This document shows, piece after piece, positions 61,201-64,000 of a stretch of 64,000 bases of DNA (position 1 is its first letter; every line of letters begins with the position of its first letter). Source of the stretch: Guillardia theta CCMP2712. Taxonomy: Eukaryota; Protista; Cryptophyta. The notes beneath the pieces were generated by a model that did no database searches, was not told the DNA's origin, and saw nothing but the letters and a program-made list of their open reading frames with translations. Location: positions 419,925 through 483,924 of the forward strand of contig NW_005434645.1 of assembly GCF_000315625.1 (NCBI RefSeq). Direction: 5' to 3'. A program made the translations under genes and the position numbers.

Positions 61201-63291
61201 AATGCACAATGACCATATTCTGAGGGGAGGCTTCGAGCCAGTGAGACGCCGTCTCACAAAATCGTATCTGCGGGGAGGAGTCATGAGGAGAAAACAACAT
61301 GACGAGCCTCACTAGCTGTGTCAACAGAGGTGCATTGTGGTCGTAGAATGGTATCTTGCGAACTTGACCGTACAAAAGGTCGGTGTCATAATTTCCATTT
61401 CCGTTCTCCTCATGATCTTCGCAAAGGTTGAACACTAGAAACACCCCATAATGCTTCGTCGCAAGCAGTTTGGCTACATCATGGATGTCGTTTCTGTGCA
61501 CTGCATCATCGACGCAAGGAAGGGCCATGGCGATCAAGCGGTCGCAGATGTACGTGAGGTCGAGGTCCACTTTGATCTCTTGATTCATGTACCTCCTCTT
61601 GCTGGTTGAAACCGCTTTCTGAAGCTGCTGTCGAAGGTACGCTTTCATACCAAAACATTGAATCAAAGTCAGAATTGCTCTTGTCATGTGCAGGTGGCTA
61701 TGAACTTTTACGATGAGAAGGTGACTTCTTTCGAGTTCATCAGGGTTGAAGATGAAATCACACTCCCGGCAATGAATCACCAAGACAACAACTGAGAACA
61801 CCAGGATGCAAGCATGTAAATTGTGTTGGAGCAGCTCCTCGACGCTGTAAAGAGATCTTGAAACGAAGTAACGTAGCCCAACAATCCTTGCTCCAAAAGA
61901 GGACGGCTGCAGAATGTTGGAACACAAGATTGCAAAATGCCAAATGATCAAGAACGCGAGCAAGCCGACGATGTTCGTCCTTGGTTGCATGGCACCAGCT
62001 AAGAAAGGATCAGGCTCATCGTTTTCACCCAACACTTGATACCTTGATTCGGGATTGCAGAGGTTACATTGGGAGGTACAACATAATCACAGATAAAATC
62101 GAGGGTCGGCTCAGCGATATGGATAGCGATTGCAGAAGCTGATGTTCACATTCAGCGCCTGGCAATCTCAACAAGAAAGATTTACAGAGATCAAGTATGG
62201 CCAACGTGATAAAGCCGAACGTTTTGAAGTAAGGCATATTCTTGGACAGCTCTGGAGATCAGTCAGGGTTGGCACAAACTCTTAGCCTAATCACTTGTAA
62301 ACACGTTGCTGTCATCTTCAACATCATCTTCTCCGAAGGGTCTCTTGTACTTAGACGCCCTGCCAGCTCATCAGCTTTGCGAATGATTCTTGAACAGCAG
62401 TTACCTATTCACAGAGTCTTTCCATGTAGCTTGTCTGACATAACACGTCTATTCACATCATGCTGCTTTGGTCAAGAGAATTCTTACCGATTCGCTGGCT
62501 TCGCTTCGATTTGTGGAATAGGATGCTCTAAGTAAATGTCAGTCTGATTGTTCGACACATTCCAGTTGCCCACTGCTTTCGATGACGGACTCTTGGTCAT
62601 ACAACAAGCGAAGAGGGTGCGAAAGAGTTCTGCCATGAACAGGAGGCGGCAAACCGTTTTCGTAATCCTTCTCTTCGTCAAAACATCTAGCGGCACATTA
62701 GAAGCTGCGAATTGACTACCTCTTTGTACCTCTCAGCGTCTCGGCATGATGTGTTTCTGTGCATCATTGACATAGAGACATCCGACAAGTTTGTTAGCCA
62801 CTTGCCCATAGCAGCCACGCTCCCTCGACGTCCCTATGCAAATTCACACCAGGTCAAGGGCGAGCAAGGATGGTACCTGGCGATGAGGACGCGCTGGTTT
62901 GGCTTTCCCATCATCTTGCATCGTCTCTTGCAGCTGATGTGAGTTCTTCACCCCTGCTCTCCAAAGTCACATCTATCATCATTACAGTAAGAACTAAATC
63001 ACCGTTGCTGAACTCAGATGTCTTGGACTCTTTCAGTGAGATTTCTACATCCTTGCTGAGTATCGAGGACCCTTCTTCTTCAAGGACATCAAGTTCGCGG
63101 CATATTTCAGAGATTTGCTGCAAGTACTCTTCATTCTCAGTCATGAGCTCGTGATACGAAATCCCTTCATTATGTAGAACCATTTCCAAGGTTCCCTGGT
63201 GAGGAACCCCCAGGTTCGAAGGCCTTTCCCGCTCGTTGTCGGTGTCGGTCATGGTGGAAGCAACGGAATGCGAGAGGTTTGAAGGCTCCAT
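58214..63291 (-). CDS. TPTE/VSP-like transmembrane PTEN-family phosphoinositide phosphatase with C2, cNMP-binding-like and GRAM-like domains, multi-exon
   Basis: TM helices, VSTSKRRY, DLDLTYICDRLIAMALP, RNDIHDV, FYDHNAP, VHCRGGKGRTG, PSQIRYIHY, C2 LRGDVRIRF, then cNMP-like GSLVGEDSFL and GDILGESRFF, and GRAM-like AGRLSVFNNWVIF. The start may lie further upstream. Confidence 0.8.
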
Positions 63292-64000
63292 GCGAGCTAG
63301 GAGGCTTTCATCTCATCTTGCTTGTTGATGAGGGGAGGTGGAGACATCGAGTCCCGCGGCATCAGCGAATTCTGCTACTTGTACGTTCGTCTACTCAGAG
63401 CGGTGATTCCGTGAGGGAGCCCTGTGTGGTCTAGCAGGTAACTGTTTCTGCTTCTCATCCTGCTATGATCGAGCTTCGATCGCTCTCCCTCTTCATCGCG
63501 TCGTCTTCTCCGCATCATGATGCTGCCTGGCCCCCTGCGTTGCCATTATGCGGGCCTCCGTCTTGCTCCTCCAACTCTGCATAGCATTTCAAGCTCACCT
63601 CAGTACCTTACATAGTTTGAATTATATGGCAGCGATTCAATCACCAACATCGATTAAGTCTTATCTCTCTGTCAGCTCCTGGTAGGTCCTTCTGACTGTC
63701 AGCACCAAAAAAAGGACCGAAGTTGCCTGTCACGTTTTTATCACTTCAGTCCGAGTCAGCAGCCTGCATGTCATCATGACTTGAAGTCACAGTGCACAGT
63801 TTTACTAGCGGTCGTTTTGCATGACAGTGTGAAACGCCGGACAGTAGATCTGAAGAAGTCTAGCGACATGGTGCAATCATAAGAACAAGACCTGATGGCG
63901 AAATTCCTTGCTGAAAGATCCGACGGAAAGACCAGAAGTGGCCCTGGAAATGAGAGCGGAGAAGAACAAGCTTTTCAAAGGTAATGCAGAAGCTGGTACC

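Overview
Eukaryotic, intron-rich nuclear DNA with short GT-AG introns (mostly ~45-75 nt), many microsatellites and one 100-N gap. Gene style and a bipartite plastid-targeting presequence suggest a cryptophyte such as Guillardia theta (inference). The main find is a minus-strand Fanzor (eukaryotic TnpB-family RNA-guided nuclease, Fanzor1-like) at 2734-4795. Its third RuvC motif and last Zn ligand lie in a second exon behind a 61-nt intron (666 aa spliced). It is followed by ~150 nt of four abutting hairpins (2369-2519) whose mismatches read as G-U pairs on the Fanzor strand, a candidate omegaRNA, and no transposase or terminal repeats are visible. An intact Ty1/copia element (29862-37716, TSD TCCAT) has LTRs that look identical except for one swapped 24/25-nt block, 15 nt of which are an inverted copy of nearby flanking DNA. 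Also present: a four-unit repeat protein resembling a polyprotein, a VSP/PTEN-like phosphatase fused to cNMP-binding and GRAM-like domains, a plastid-targeted CrtYcd-type lycopene cyclase with an apparent frameshift, and a MITE-like inverted repeat. Housekeeping genes include PDS5, a CobW GTPase, IMP2, an FCP1/NIF-like phosphatase, transportin-1, and MCTP-like, ankyrin and PDZ proteins. Exon boundaries were read by eye, and several gene starts are approximate.
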